Shown: piece by piece, positions 22,101 through 36,200 of the stretch
Numbering within the stretch: position 1 is the first letter of the stretch
Layout of the letters: each line of letters begins with the position of its first letter
Source: Bugula neritina
Lineage: Eukaryota; Animalia; Bryozoa
Direction: 5' to 3'
DNA length: 64,000 nucleotides
Assembly: GCA_964035545.1 (NCBI GenBank)
Contig: OZ037768.1
Coordinates: 372,001-436,000, forward strand
Notes under the pieces: model-generated
What the model was told of the DNA's origin: nothing
What the model saw: the letters and a program-made list of their open reading frames with translations, nothing else
Databases searched by the model: none
Translations under genes and position numbers: made by a program

Positions 22101-25100
22101 ACTACTCTGTAGTCAACAGTATAACTACTCTATAGTCAACAGTACAACTGCTCTGTAGTCAACAGTATAACTACTCTGTAGTCAACAGTATAACTACTCT
22201 GTAGTCAACAGTATAACTACTCTGTAGTCAACAGTATAACTACTCGGAAGTTACCTCAGATCTCCCACATAGTGAGTCTCCCACGATAACTTCACCCTTG
22301 ACCTTGCCAGCATATGCACAAAATTAGTGGCTGAAAGAATATTGTCGGCCGTTTCAAAGGCGGAATTTCCTCTTCCTGTTGACAGTGCGAGAGAAATTTA
22401 TATATGTATAGACATAACTGTGCACATACAGTAAGTATAGACATGCATTGTATCACTACTATTCAGTAGTAAACTGTGACTGACTCATCACTGAGCTACT
22501 ACTACTACTGAGTCACTACTACTCAGTAGTCAACACACCTAGTATAAGTACTGAAAGTCCCTCAAAGTCATCAGGATTTACTGAAGCGTCGCTGTAGTAT
22601 TCCACATGTTCAGAACCTGGGAAGGTGACTTTCTTTTCCTTTGAGTATCCTGTAGCCATAATCAGCACTCTACAAGATTTCATAAACATCTGCTAAGTTC
22701 TGTTTGTCTCCTACTTCGAATATATATTAGTAATTCCACTGTGTCTACACATCAACACGTTATCAACACATCAATAATACATTATACATGTAGATTGACC
22801 AAAATGGTCCAAAAACAGAAATATCTTTTCAAAATTACTTTCAATTTTAAAATCCAATTCCAAAATAAAACAATTATTTGTCCAAATAAAACAGACAGCA
22901 CCATTTATATAACTATAAGCACTGTATATATAAGCACTGTAGGTATATATAAGCACCGTAGGTATATATAAGCACCGTAGGTATATATAAGCATGTATGC
23001 TCTTACTTGCAGTTGTAAGTATTGCCGTGTTGGTCACGCATTCCAAACACACTTCCCGGGACCGCAGCGTTGGGAGGAGTGATGTCACTGATTTTCGTGT
23101 TGTACTGAATATTCAGATTGTAATATTCAACAAAGTCCTTCAGATACTGAGTCAGCAAGTGGTTTGGTGGGAAGAACTCTTTGGTATATCTACAGACACA
23201 CAATATAATATATGTAACACAGCGTGTTATACTTGCAATGTATACATACACATAACATATATATAGATAACATACATATACACAACATGTATATACATAA
23301 CATATATATACATAACATATATATACATAACATATATATACATAACATATATATACATAACATATATATACATAACATACATGCACATAACATACATACA
23401 CATAACATATATATACATAACATACATATACATAACATATATATACATAACATACATATACATAACATACATATACATAACATACATATACATAACATAC
23501 ATATACATAACATATATATACATAACATACATATACATAACATATATATACATAACATACATATACATAACATACATATACATAACATACATACACATAA
23601 CATACATACACATAACATACATATACATAACATACATACACATAACATACATATACATAACATACATACACATAACATACATATACATAACATACATACA
23701 CATAACATACATACACATAACATACATATACATAACATACATATACATAAATAAAATGTTATTTCTGCATATCATGACAGAACCGGCTGAGATTTCCTTT
23801 CCAGAGCTGGTCACAGGAGGATGGGAAGTTGTCTGATTAAATGAAACTGTCAAATCTCACTCAAACCCCAAACCCTGGCAAGTAAACCCAGATAAATCTC
23901 TCACAACATCTCCGGCAGCTTTCTGGCAGCTGGAGAGAAAGTCGGCTGTGAGCAGAAAGTGTAGTTTACTACGAGGACATCACACTCTGCTCAACAGCAA
24001 AGGAGAATATTGTTTACATACGTTAGTCATTATGCACTGATGACCTTACTTGGGTATACGAAGGTCAAGGTTGTCTGTGAGGAGAGAATTCCAATCATGT
24101 CTCATGTTGAACTCATCATTTAACTTCCCAGAGTGTCTTTTATTGATACTGATTAGTTTGCCATGCCTCGGGTATTTGTAGTAAAAATGTCCTAAAATAT
24201 AGGACAACTCAAACAATATAATTCCTTATTTGAACATGTATATAATTCAAAAACGTAATTATCACAACACAATACACAAATTTCTACAATGCCTAAAAAC
24301 TTACAATACTATTTTACTCTCATTATATCACATTACTCCAGTCACTTGTACAGTCACACTCTCTCAGTCACACTCACTCAGTCACACTCTCAGAGTCACA
24401 CTCTCTCAGTCACACTCTCTCAGTCACACTCTCTGAGTCACAGTTTTCCAGTGCCAGAGAAAAGATAAGTCTTTGTCCCTCTAAAAAAGGTGGTCACCAC
24501 CGGAGGTTCCCACAAGGATGAAAACTTTAAACTCAGTGGAGACATTTTTATTTGATGATTTAAAGCAGATATTTACAGAATGGGACATTATCTTACACAA
24601 CTCTCAAATATGTGGTGGACAGATACCTCTATCTATATATAGAAACATACACCTATATATAGAAACAGACATAAGGGCTTTAATTATAGCTGTCTAAATG
24701 GTGAGTCATCATTCTATTTGCAACAGCAATTTATGATGGTAAAATTGTGCACCATAACAGCATAACAGCGTAGAGTGTTTGGGAGAGTTTGGACTGACCT
24801 ATATTATACAGGTTCAAATTCTGCACTTAATATAATATACGTTTTCTCTCACTTATAGGATGCAATAGTCAAAGAAATAGTGTACTGCATATAAGTTCAT
24901 ATGCGATAATGTAATATAACGTATGTACTGTATACGCAATATGTATAATAATGTAATATAAGTAATATATCTATAATATTGTAATATATGTTTATAAAAA
25001 CTGATAATTGACAGTCCCAACATTTCTGCTTCAGATCCATAAATGTATACGGTAGTAGTGAAGAAATACATACAGAAGCAAATAACTTTCAAATATTTCC

Positions 25101-25628
25101 AATGAATTAATAAAAGGAGGCAGTGAATCTGTAGCAGACATGTTGCTCTAAGTAGAAATTTTATAGTGATAAGAACTACTGAAATAGAATATTCCGGTAA
25201 AATTTTGTAAAAATGTTTCAAATTACTTGATTCCAAATTCCTATGAATCATAACATGATGAAGTCCCAATAATTACTGCAGGCTGCATGTCACACTCACT
25301 TAGTCACACTCACCCAGTCACACTCACCCAGTCACACTCACTCAGTCACACTCACCCAGTCACACTCACTCAGTCACACTCACCCAGTCACACTCACTTA
25401 GTCACACTCACCCAGTCACACTCACCCAGTCACACTCACTTAGTCACACTCACCTGGTGCTTCTCCTCTCTCGTATATGATGTAATCACGGTTAGACATT
25501 TGCAGTAAAGAACCAAGCTGTAGCCCTGAAGGTCCGGCTCCCACAATGCAATAGTCCCGAGTTGACATCACACTAACTACCTGACAGGTCAGCAGCATGG
25601 CTGCCACAAGAAACAATCTCTCAGCCAT
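19144..25628 (-). CDS. FOXRED2: FOXRED2/ERFAD-like FAD-dependent oxidoreductase, copy B (~602 aa)
   Basis: 11 exons with the same lengths as copy A: 25454-25628, 24050-24191, 23007-23189, 22539-22669, 22255-22375, 21362-21577, 21112-21278, 20737-20902, 20191-20429, 19980-20103, 19144-19288. Open frame, same motifs (GAGPSG; GRGNSAFE). Confidence 0.92.
23240..23750. repeat. 15-bp minisatellite (~34 copies), FOXRED2-B intron 2 only
   Basis: Unit CATAACATA(C/T)ATA(T/C)A. Confidence 0.95.
25288..25453 (-). repeat. 14-bp repeat (~12 copies) starting exactly at the FOXRED2-B exon 1 donor
   Basis: Sense unit GTGAGTGTGACT(GG/AA/GA); a degenerate counterpart lies in copy A at 16125-16312. Confidence 0.88.
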
Positions 25629-26141
25629 GTTGAACTCTCTCTGAAAACTATATTTTATACTCTGTTTTATCTATACTATCAGTATCAATATCAGAACATG
25701 TCATAATCTTTAGTATACAGAGGCTTTACTGACAATATGAGTAAAAACACTCATTACCATTTACATGCTTAGTTAAAAGACTAAGTAAATTCGGCAGACA
25801 TAGACTTAAAATTAGGCAAATGAAAAAAAAACATTCCTATATCATTAAAGTTGCTAAACACAGGGCAAATTTGTGGCACAGTGCGTAACACATATTTTCA
25901 GTCAAAAAATTAAACTGCAAAATTCTAGAAAAAAAGAAGCTGCAGCAAAAATTAAAAATAAACGCTAGATAAAGAATTTACGTGAGTATAAAACTAAAAG
26001 GTAGTTATAATATAATAAAATTAAATGATATATACCACAATAAAAATTGTTATTTGGAAAGTAATAGTACTTTAATTTGTAGCTTAATTTAAGCTACTTT
26101 TTATCTCTGACTGGTGATTCGATAATTTACTGCCCACATAC

Positions 26142-26440
26142 CTGATAAATTCTCTGTTACAAGCTGCATCAACCGCAGTGTCAATGCTACTAGCTCGTTT
26201 CTAATTTTTGATACTATTATATAGGGATGAAATCTGTGGGCAAGTTAAACCCACGCGTGATAGGCAGAAGTTTGCAATGTGTGGGCGGCGCTATATTGCG
26301 GTGAGCGAATGGATGTGCAGTGATTTGGTGATTGGATTTCGTAAGAAAGCATAGCCAATGAGACGCAGTGTGAGTCACAGCCCAATTGTACCACGTGTTT
26401 GTCACGTGCGCATAGTAGTATGAAACATTATTAGCCAATG
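26142..26440 (-). promoter_or_regulatory. Probable 5'UTR exon and core promoter of FOXRED2 copy B
   Basis: Donor at 26142 and acceptor at 25641. CCAAT at 26355, 26382, 26435; CACGTG at 26392, 26403; CCACGCGTG at 26251. Homologous to copy A. Confidence 0.55.
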
Positions 26441-27981
26441 GTAAGTAGCAAGTTAACCTAGCTTTCTAGATTCTAAACTATATTACAGCAATTGCTTGAA
26501 ATGCTACCATTTATCTGCTACCTGTTACTTCCTCTGCTGCTGTTTCACGCATTATGTGGGTTAATTGCATCTACTTTAGCATTTTTGCTCCTTTACCCTT
26601 TGTTTTCTACATCCAGTTGCATATGCAATTTTTGATTTTGGTGTACTTTTTCGTGTAAACTTTTCTTATAAATTTAGTCTTAACTGATATCTGTAAATCA
26701 CAGTGAGATATTTGAAGTATATAAAACAATACTTTAACTTTAAAACAAATTGGGCAGTCAACTTCGTAGCTTAGCTAATGTTTTTTTTATAAATTTAGTC
26801 AGAAAAGCAGAAAAAAGTGCATATTATAACTGAAAATGTCCACTTCCAATTAGCACTGCAAATAGTTGAGAGTGATTTGTGTTGATGGATGTATTATAAG
26901 TGACTGTTGGTGACACCCTCAGCAGGTCACCTGCTCTAACCTGTGGGCACTGTATTGTGATGTCGTCCTGTACCAGTATCCTTCACTCGCATACTGCAGT
27001 TAACTATAGCTACCACAACCTTTATATTAGTCATAATAAACTTATCAGGCCATAACCTGCAGGTGTTATCAAGTACAGTGCTGACATTCCTCTCATGCAT
27101 TGATCCGACTAGAAAAGCTGCTGTAGCTGTACACCCTAGCCAAGTTTCTCCACCCCTTTGGTATTACTCACTCACTCACTCACTCACTCACTCACTCACT
27201 CACTTACTCACTCACTCATTCACTCATTCATTCACTCACGCTCTCTCTCACTTATTCACTCACTCCTTCACACATGCACTCACTCACTCATTCACTCTCT
27301 CACTCTGTCTTTCCAAGTTTTCACTCTGTTTTCCCAAGTCTTAAAACTCAGTTTTTCTCAGGTCCTAAAACTTGGCTTTCCCAGGTCCTAAAACTTGGTA
27401 TTCCCAAGTCAACACAAAATGAAACACTGGTTTTATGAACAATTTCCACAAGCTGCATCTGAAATTATTATAGCTTCCTGAGAAACTACCAGCTATTAAT
27501 TATTTTTGTTATTGTTTATTAAGAAATAGCTATTCTGTTTTGTTCATATTTTGACTTTCAAGGACACATAATAATATTTTGATGTGGTTTATAACCAGTG
27601 CAGTAGACCACATTATGGAGTTGTCTTCTAAGCTATTATTTCCTCATGGAGTAACCTCACTAAGCAGACGATTCCAATTCCTTAAGTTTTATGAAGGGTA
27701 ATATTAGAAGACCCTGGAGAGGTGAAAACAGACTAGGGTGAAACACTATACAATATTAGCTAATTAAACTATGTTGGGTAAAAGTTGTCTTTCCCTCTTT
27801 GAAAGGTAAACTTACACTTGTTGAGCTGATGCAGTTTTAGTCAAATATGGAAGTTATCCTACCTATGAATAAACTAGTTCCATCATTGCACCATCTACAG
27901 TTTCAAAGTGTTTTACAATGACATGAAAAAGTTATCTTATGATATGATACATGCATAGAATGTTACCTAATTGGTTATTGT

Positions 27982-29570
27982 AGTTAGCTATGAGATATAA
28001 TATAGTATTATACAGTTAGCTAGGAGATATAGTATAGTATTATACAGTTAGCTAGGAGATATAGTATAGTATTATACAGTTAGCTAGGAGATATAATATA
28101 GTATTATACAGTTAGCTAGGAGATATAATATAGTATTATACAGTTAGCTAGGAGATATAATATAGTATTATACAGTTAGCTAGGAGATATAGTATAGTAT
28201 TATACAGTTAGCTAGGAGATATAATATAGTATTATACAGTTAGCTAGGAGATATAGTATAGTATTATACAGTTAGCTAGGAGATATAGTATAGTATTATA
28301 CAGTTAGCTAGGAGATATAGTATAGTATTATACAGTTGGCTAGGGAGATATAGTATATTATTATACAGTTAGCTAGGAGATATAATATAGTATTATACAG
28401 TTAGCTAGGAGATATAATATAGTATTATACAGTTAGCTAGGAGATATAGTATAGTATTATACAGTTAGCTAGGAGATATAGTATAGTATTATACAGTTAG
28501 CTAGGAGATATAGTATAGTATTATACAGTTAGCTAGGAGATATAGTATAGTATTATACAGTTAGCTAGGAGATATAATATAGTATTATACAGTTAGCTAG
28601 GAGATATAGTATAGTATTATACAGTTAGCTAGGAGATATAGTATAGTATTATACAGTTAGCTAGGAGATATAGTATAGTATTATACAGTTAGCTAGGAGA
28701 TATAATATAGTATTATACAGTTAGCTAGGAGATATAGTATAGTATTATACAGTTAGCTAGAAGATATAGTATAGTATTATACAGTTAGCTAGGAGATATA
28801 GTATAGTATTATACAGTTAGCTAGGAGATATAGTATAGTATTATACAGTTAGCTAGGAGATATAGTATAGTATTATACAGTTAGCTAGGAGATATAATAT
28901 AGTATTATACAGTTAGCTAGGAGATATAATATAGTATTATACAGTTAGCTAGAATATATAGTATAGTATTATACAGTTAGCTAGGAGATATAGTATAGTA
29001 TTATACAGTTAGCTAGGAGATATAATATAGTATTATACAGTTAGCTAGGAGATATAGTATAGTATTATACAGTTAGCTAGGAGATATAATATAGTATTAT
29101 ACAGTTAGCTAGGAGATATAGTATAGTATTATACAGTTAGCTAGGAGATATAGTATAGTATTATACAGTTAGCTAGGAGATATAGTATAGTATTATACAG
29201 TTAGCTAGGAGATATAGTATAGTATTATACAGTTAGCTAGGAGATATAGTATAGTATTATACAGTTAGCTAGGAGATATAGTATAGTATTATACAGTTAG
29301 CTAGGAGATATAGTATAGTATTATACAGTTAGCTAGGAGATATAGTATAGTATTATACAGTTAGCTAGGAGATATAGTATAGTATTATACAGTTAGCTAG
29401 GAGATATAATATAGTATTATACAGTTAGCTAGGAGATATAGTATAGTATTATACAGTTAGCTAGAATATATAGTATAGTATTATACAGTTAGCTAGGAGA
29501 TATAGTATAGTATTATACAGTTAGCTGGGAGATATAGTATAGTATTATACAGTTAGCTAGGGAGATATAA
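27982..29570. repeat. 32-bp intergenic minisatellite (~49 copies)
   Basis: Unit GTTAGCTAGGAGATATAGTATAGTATTATACA. Confidence 0.95.
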
Positions 29571-30029
29571 ATAATCAAATTGATTATATTATTAACATAA
29601 CAAGCTGTTTCTATTTGAATAGTATAATGAATTTTATTAGGAAATACTGTTTAACTAAAAGCATTGTTTATAGTGCAAATAACGATTATAATATCTTTAC
29701 AAGCTATCTCATCACCGTGACTGTGCATTTATTTTCATTTAGTAGTACAGGTTTAGCAGGTCTAATCAATATCTCTGTATTCATTATGACATATGCAGTA
29801 TTTCTAGCAATGTCTAATTCATTCATATGAAAACTGAATGGAAAATTCTAGAATAGTGCACTCTAATAGATTGCTTGATGACATTCTTCATTGTTGACTC
29901 AAGTTTCAACAATTTCAACCCACAGCCTATTGGGTATCAGGACAGTTTGATAATATTATGTGCATGTACTGTACTGAGTGCGCATGTACTATACTGAGTG
30001 CGCATGTGCTGTACATATAGATATGATTA

Positions 30030-30760
30030 TAGGCAAGAATAGCACAAAAGGAAAAGTCTGTAAAAATGCCACACTGATGTTAACTTTTTCCAAACACCAA
30101 ACACCACCTTAAATCCCCAACCCAAACTCAAACCTCCAAACTCAAACTTAAAACCCCAATATTGAAAATGTGCTGTTTTTCACCTGTGCCATTTAATATA
30201 ATTTACAGCGTTTGTTGTATTCAATAAGAACTATATTATAAAAGAAATAAGATGTTATACACTAATAATGTTTTAATAAGTTTAGACTTTAGAACAAAAT
30301 CATGTGCCAATGTTTTACTACATATCTGGCTACATGTTGCGTGAAGAGCAAGTCATGCTGACAGAGGGGGTTTGAACCCTACTGTAGAACCCTTGCCCTC
30401 TACGCTACCAGGCTAACTCGTGTGGCCCTCTGTAAGCAGGCAACCTCATGTGTTGTCTGTTTATACATACAATGGTGACAAGAGAGACCGGAGAAAGGGC
30501 CAGATAGAAACAGCGAGCTGCATGGGCTTGTAGGATGCCTCCCCAACTAGTTTATACGGTGTGCGGTAAAAATGGCACAGGTAAAATGGCACAGGTAATA
30601 ATGACACATTTTCAATATTAGGGTTTGGCGTGGTGGTTGGGAAGGGAGATAAAATATAGGTTTGAAAATGAGGGTTTGAGTTTGGGGTTTAAGGGTTGGG
30701 GAAAATTTAACATTGGTATGCCATTTTTACCTACTTTTCCATTTGTGCAATTTTTACTTC
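30030..30760. mobile_element. Two inverted copies (~30030-30195 and ~30565-30760) of a short MITE-like element
   Basis: The reverse complement of the left copy (AAATGGCACAGGT..CACATTTTCAATATT.GGGTTT..TAACAT..G.CATTTTTAC..ACTTTTCC.TTTGTGC) matches the right copy. The right copy has its own internal inverted motifs GGTAAAAATGGCA/TGCCATTTTTACC. Confidence 0.65.
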
Positions 30761-31243
30761 TAAATCATCTTAGCTATCATTTACTGACTGTTTGAGGGTT
30801 GCATGCTCAAATAATTTTGTTTTTTATAACTTGTGTGCAAGTGCCCTGAGACTTCTGAGAGCATGCTGATGCTGTGTCCAGTCAACTCTAAAGTTCGTGT
30901 GGTATTATACACCCAATAGTAGTTATTGCTGCAACACAGAGCTCAATCACTGAGCTCACCTAAAAGTTTGAGCTGATGTTGAAAGTGAACAGCTGAAAGT
31001 AACAGCTTGGAGAGGTCATGTGACTACAGTTCTAACTAATACTAACAATGGAGAGCAGGAATTCAGTTTTGTTATCTTTATTGTGTAAACTTAAAAAGAT
31101 TAAGTAGATTACTGGTTAGATTTTATTTCGAAATGATTCAATAAAAATATATAGATTTAAAAACACAGCAAAAAATACTTAAAAAGAAGTTATAAATCCT
31201 ACTGTTACTAGCTTATAGTCTACAATGACGGACACTATTTATT

Positions 31244-32296
31244 TCAAGCTGCAATCATCTTCTTGAGATTTCCATGACTATGAGCACTAAATGTGTCATC
31301 ACAACCTCCAACCGACTTGCCATTGACAAACACTCGGGGCACCTACAAACAAGAAGTGATAATCCTCGTCAGTACCTGGTGTCTCAGTATTACTGATTAC
31401 GTGTTATCCAAGTATATCTGTATGCACACAAGCCTTTCAGTATTAATTCTATTATTAAGGAACATTGAAAAGAAATAAGGAACATTGAAAAGAAAACTCC
31501 GATTTTATATTCAGTCATAAAACCAAGGAAGCAGGCAGTCATGCGTAAGAGATGAATATCTGGTTACTGTAATTCACACAGTTCCTGATTGTTTGCCTTA
31601 ACTTAATACTTGAACTTTAAAAGTGTTTATCTTGCTAACCAGACAATTGGTGGTTTAGATACTTCAACTTTGTAACTAGTAACTGACATTGGTGCTGATT
31701 GCATGCAGAAGTTCAAGTTAGCCTTAAGGGCTTGTCTCTCCCACTCTGATTTCTAACATGTTTTCTCAGTTTTAGCCGAATGCCACTACACCCAGTGTTG
31801 AACAGTAATAACTAGACTACGACTAATGTAATGGCAATGATGCCTAGTTAGTGCTACGGCATTACAAGTGAGCCGCCCAGGCCTGCTAGAGCTAGTCAAG
31901 GAGCCAACTTGAACGTATTAGTTACTAAAAGTTAAAGCAAGTGGTTGTGAGTGATATTCTCATTCTGATTCACTTTCAGTGAATGTGATTCACCCTAACG
32001 GTTTGAAATTGAATGCTACTAACTGAAGGAAATAGAATTATATTTTGTATGACTATGAAAATGATACTTACTGATCTAGCACCAGTCAATTTGAGCAAAT
32101 AATCTTGCATTGCAGACATTTCTGACTGTTTTAGTTTATCTAGCTCAACGACTTCATAGTCTTCACCACCCAGGTTGTATTCTGCTCCTTCCAATAATTT
32201 CTTTACTCGAATACAAAATGGGCAAGTGGTTTTGCTGAACACTACAACCTTTTTACCACTAATTTTTGAGTCAACGAAAGCTTTAGCATTAGCCAT
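31244..32296 (-). CDS. GLRX: Dithiol glutaredoxin (Grx1-like), 107 aa
   Basis: Exons 32072-32296 and 31244-31342. VVVFSKTTCPFC active site, TGARS|VPRVFVNGKSVGGCDD glutathione-binding motifs; AATAAA just after the stop; TATA-like TATAAG about 60 nt upstream of the ATG (32357-32362). Confidence 0.95.
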
Positions 32297-32540
32297 GGTG
32301 ATGATTGTTGAGCTGTTACTGACAGTTTTCTGACCACAAAACTAGATTCAGGGCTTCTTATAATTGCAACGTAAGAGTGAACTATTACTATCGATTAATT
32401 TCTTTGTAGCATGTAGCCTTATAACCAACACCTTGTTTTATCACACTCACTCAGTTTAGCTTTGCCCAGCCTGATGAACGCGGCTTTCAAAAGTAGTACT
32501 ATCCACCGCTCAGGCTAGCAGGTGCGCTGGCGTGTCAACT

Positions 32541-32662
32541 GTTTTATAAGCAGCTATGAGTTGGGGGTGAATAAAAGCATTAGTTTGCGTTTTTGAATTT
32601 TGAGGTTGAGAATGCGAAAAAGCTGCACTCAGTCACCCCCAACTCGGAGCTGCTTATAGAGC
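32541..32662. mobile_element. Short palindromic MITE-like element upstream of glutaredoxin
   Basis: Arms of about 30 bp: TATAAGCAGCTATGAGTTGGGGGTGA / TCACCCCCAACTCGGAGCTGCTTATA. A related arm, CAACTCAGAGCTGCTTATAGA, lies at 50534-50554. Confidence 0.65.
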
Positions 32663-33267
32663 AACAATTCTACCAATAGAGCTATCGAACCAACGATAGA
32701 TAGGACAAATCTCAGGTTTGAGCAAGCTGATTGAGTAGTTTACCTAGCTGTGTGAGTAGTATACCTAGAAATGACTTCATCTATCGGTGCTGACTAAAAT
32801 ATTTTGAAATTGCTGAGCATCTAAGCTACATCTCATCAAGAACTAGCTAGTAGTTGCAAAAGAGATCTTATTTTGAACTTCCACACAAACAGTAGTGAGT
32901 AGCTTATTTAAAAATTCTGTGCCACCAAAAATATGCTGTGCTCCAGTATTTTAGCACTTGTCATTAGCTATCAGATGCGATGTTGTAGTTATACAGATAA
33001 TTGCACACAATATTGTATTTATGTATATACTGTACACTGTACTTATCATATATACACCTCTCATAGACTAATACACCACACATATGAGAGAAGACAACTC
33101 TTTGTTCAGATAAAACTAGCTCAACTCTAGTATTATAAATATTGTCCTCTATTAAGTCATCAGTTTGATGAATTTTCAAAGTAATAAAATAAAGAAAGAC
33201 AATTTTAAATAAAGCAGCTGTATTCAAATTTTCTAATAAAACCTTAAAAGTTATTCATAATTTAAAA

Positions 33268-36200
33268 TTATCGCCGACTCTTCCCCCGCACACTTCCTTT
33301 CCCACCGCCTCTACGACCTTTATTTGCCAACTCTCGTCTCTTCTGATTGGACTGCTGTTTTTCCTTGACGCGTCTGTTTTTGACTATTTCATCTTTAGAT
33401 CTCATCTCTCTTTTAAATTTTCGCTTGTCTTTTGGATCTTTCTTGTCATTATTGTGTCCTAAAATGGGCACATGAATATGTTGTATTCTACTATACTACT
33501 TGTTGTATTCTACTATACTACTTGTTGTATTCTACTATACTACTTGTTGTATTCTACTATACTACTTGTTGTATTCTACTATACTACTTGTTGTATTCTA
33601 CTATATTACTTGTTGTATTCTACTATACTACTTGTTGTATTCTACTATACTACTTGTTGTATTCTACTATACTACTTGTTATATTCTACTATACTACTTG
33701 TTGTATTCTACTATACTACTTGTTGTATTCTACTATACTACTTGTTGTATTCTACTATACTACTTGTTGTATTCTACTATACTACTTGTTGTATTCTACT
33801 ATACTACTTGTTGTATTCTACTATACTACTTGTTGTATTCTACTATATTACTTGTTGTATTCTACTATACTACTTGTTGTATTCTACTATACTACTTGTT
33901 GTATTCTACTATACTACTTGTTGTATTCTACTATACTACTTGTTATATTCTACTATACTACTTGTTGTATTCTACTATACTACTTGTTGTATTCTACTAT
34001 ACTACTTGTTGTATTCTACTATACTACTTGTTGTATTCTACTATACTACATGTTGTATTCTACTATACTACTTGTTGTATTCTACTATACTACTTGTTAT
34101 ATTCTACTATACTACTTGTTGTATTCTACTATACTACTTGTTGTATTCTACTATACTACTTGTTGTATTCTACTATACTACTTGTTGTATTCTACTATAC
34201 TACTTGTTGTATTCTACTATACTACTTGTTGTATTCTACTATACTACTTGTTGTATTCTACTATACTACATGTTGTATTCTACTATATTACTTGTTGTAT
34301 TCTACTATACTACTTGTTGTATTCTACTATACTACTTGTTGTATTCTACTATACTACTTGTTGTATTCTACTATACTACTTGTTGTATTCTACTATATTA
34401 CTTGTTGTATTCTACTATACTACTTGTTGTATTCTACTATACTACTTGTTGTATTCTACTATACTACTTGTTGTATTCTACTATACTACTTGTTGTATTC
34501 TACTATACTACTTGTTATATTCTACTATACTACTTGTTGTATTCTACTATACTACTTGTTATATTCTACTATACTACTTGTTGTATTCTACTATACTACT
34601 TGTTGTATTCTACTATACTACTTGTTATATTCTACTATACTACTTGTTGTATTCTACTATACTACTTGTTGTATTCTACTATACTACTTGTTGTATTCTA
34701 CTATACTACTTGTTGTATTCTACTATACTACTTGTTGTATTCTACTATACTACTTGTTGTATTCTACTATATTACTTGTTGTATTCTACTATACTACTTG
34801 TTGTATTCTACTATACTACTTGTTGTATTCTACTATACTACTTGTTGTATTCTACTATACTACTTGTTGTATTCTACTATACTACTTGTTGTATTCTACT
34901 ATACTACTTGTTGTATTCTACTATACTACTTGTTGTATTCTACTATACTACTTGTTGTATTCTACTATATTACTTGTTGTATTCTACTATACTACTTGTT
35001 GTATTCTACTATACTACTTGTTGTATTCTACTATACTACTTGTTGTATTCTACTATACTACTTGTTGTATTCTACTATACTACATGTTGTATTCTACTAT
35101 ACTACTTGTTGTATTCTACTATACTACTTGTTATATTCTACTATACTACTTGTTGTATTCTACTATACTACTTGTTGTATTCTACTATACTACTTGTTGT
35201 ATTCTACTATACTACTTGTTGTATTCTACTATACTACTTGTTGTATTCTACTATACTACTTGTTGTATTCTACTATACTACTTGTTGTATTCTACTATAC
35301 TACATGTTGTATTCTACTATATTACTTGTTGTATTCTACTATACTACTTGTTGTATTCTACTATACTACTTGTTGTATTCTACTATACTACTTGATATAT
35401 TACTATATTACTACTATACTACTTGTTGTATTCTACTATACTACTTGTTGTATTCTACTATACTACTTGTTGTATTCTACTATATTACTTGTTGTATTCT
35501 ACTATACTACTTGTTGTATTCTACTATACTACTTGTTGTATTCTACTATACTACTTGTTGTATTCTACTATACTACTTGTTGTATTCTACTATACTACTT
35601 GTTGTATTCTACTATACTACTTGTTGTATTCTACTATATTACTTGTTGTATTCTACTATACTACTTGTTGTATTCTACTATACTACTTGTTGTATTCTAC
35701 TATACTACTTGTTGTATTCTACTATACTACTTGTTGTATTCTACTATATTACTTGTTGTATTCTACTATATTACTTGTTGTATTCTACTATACTACTTGT
35801 TGTATTCTACTATACTACTTGTTATATTCTACTATACTACTTGTTGTATTCTACTATACTACTTGTTGTATTCTACTATACTACTTGTTGTATTCTACTA
35901 TACTACTTGATATATTACTATATTACTACTATACTACTTGTTGTATACTACTATACTACTTGTTGTATTCTACTATATTACTTGTTGTATTCTACTATAC
36001 TACTTGTTGTATTCTACTATACTACTTGTTGTATTCTACTATACTACTTGTTGTATTCTACTATACTACTTGTTGTATTCTACTATACTACTTGTTGTAT
36101 TCTACTATACTACTTGTTGTATTCTACTATACTACTTGATATATTACTATATTACTACTATACTACTTGTTGTATACTACTATACTACTTGTTGTATTCT

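Larger units (their letters stand above)
7450..27450. repeat. Tandem segmental duplication: unit A ~7450-18430, unit B ~19140-27450
   Basis: Colinear similarity of exons, many introns and about 1.9 kb of upstream DNA (e.g. 17260-17640 vs 26445-26820; 18100-18430 vs 27050-27450). Confidence 0.93.

Noticed and set aside
23003-23853. Y/V/C/M/H-rich ORFs on both strands (similar cases at 1407-2094, 46209-46886, 55711-57882, 58898-59267)
   Set aside because: Minisatellite or microsatellite translations; only the embedded true exon portions are coding.
27640-27870. Minus-strand splice-like signals between FOXRED2-B and the 32-bp array
   Set aside because: Stops in all useful frames and no recognisable homology.
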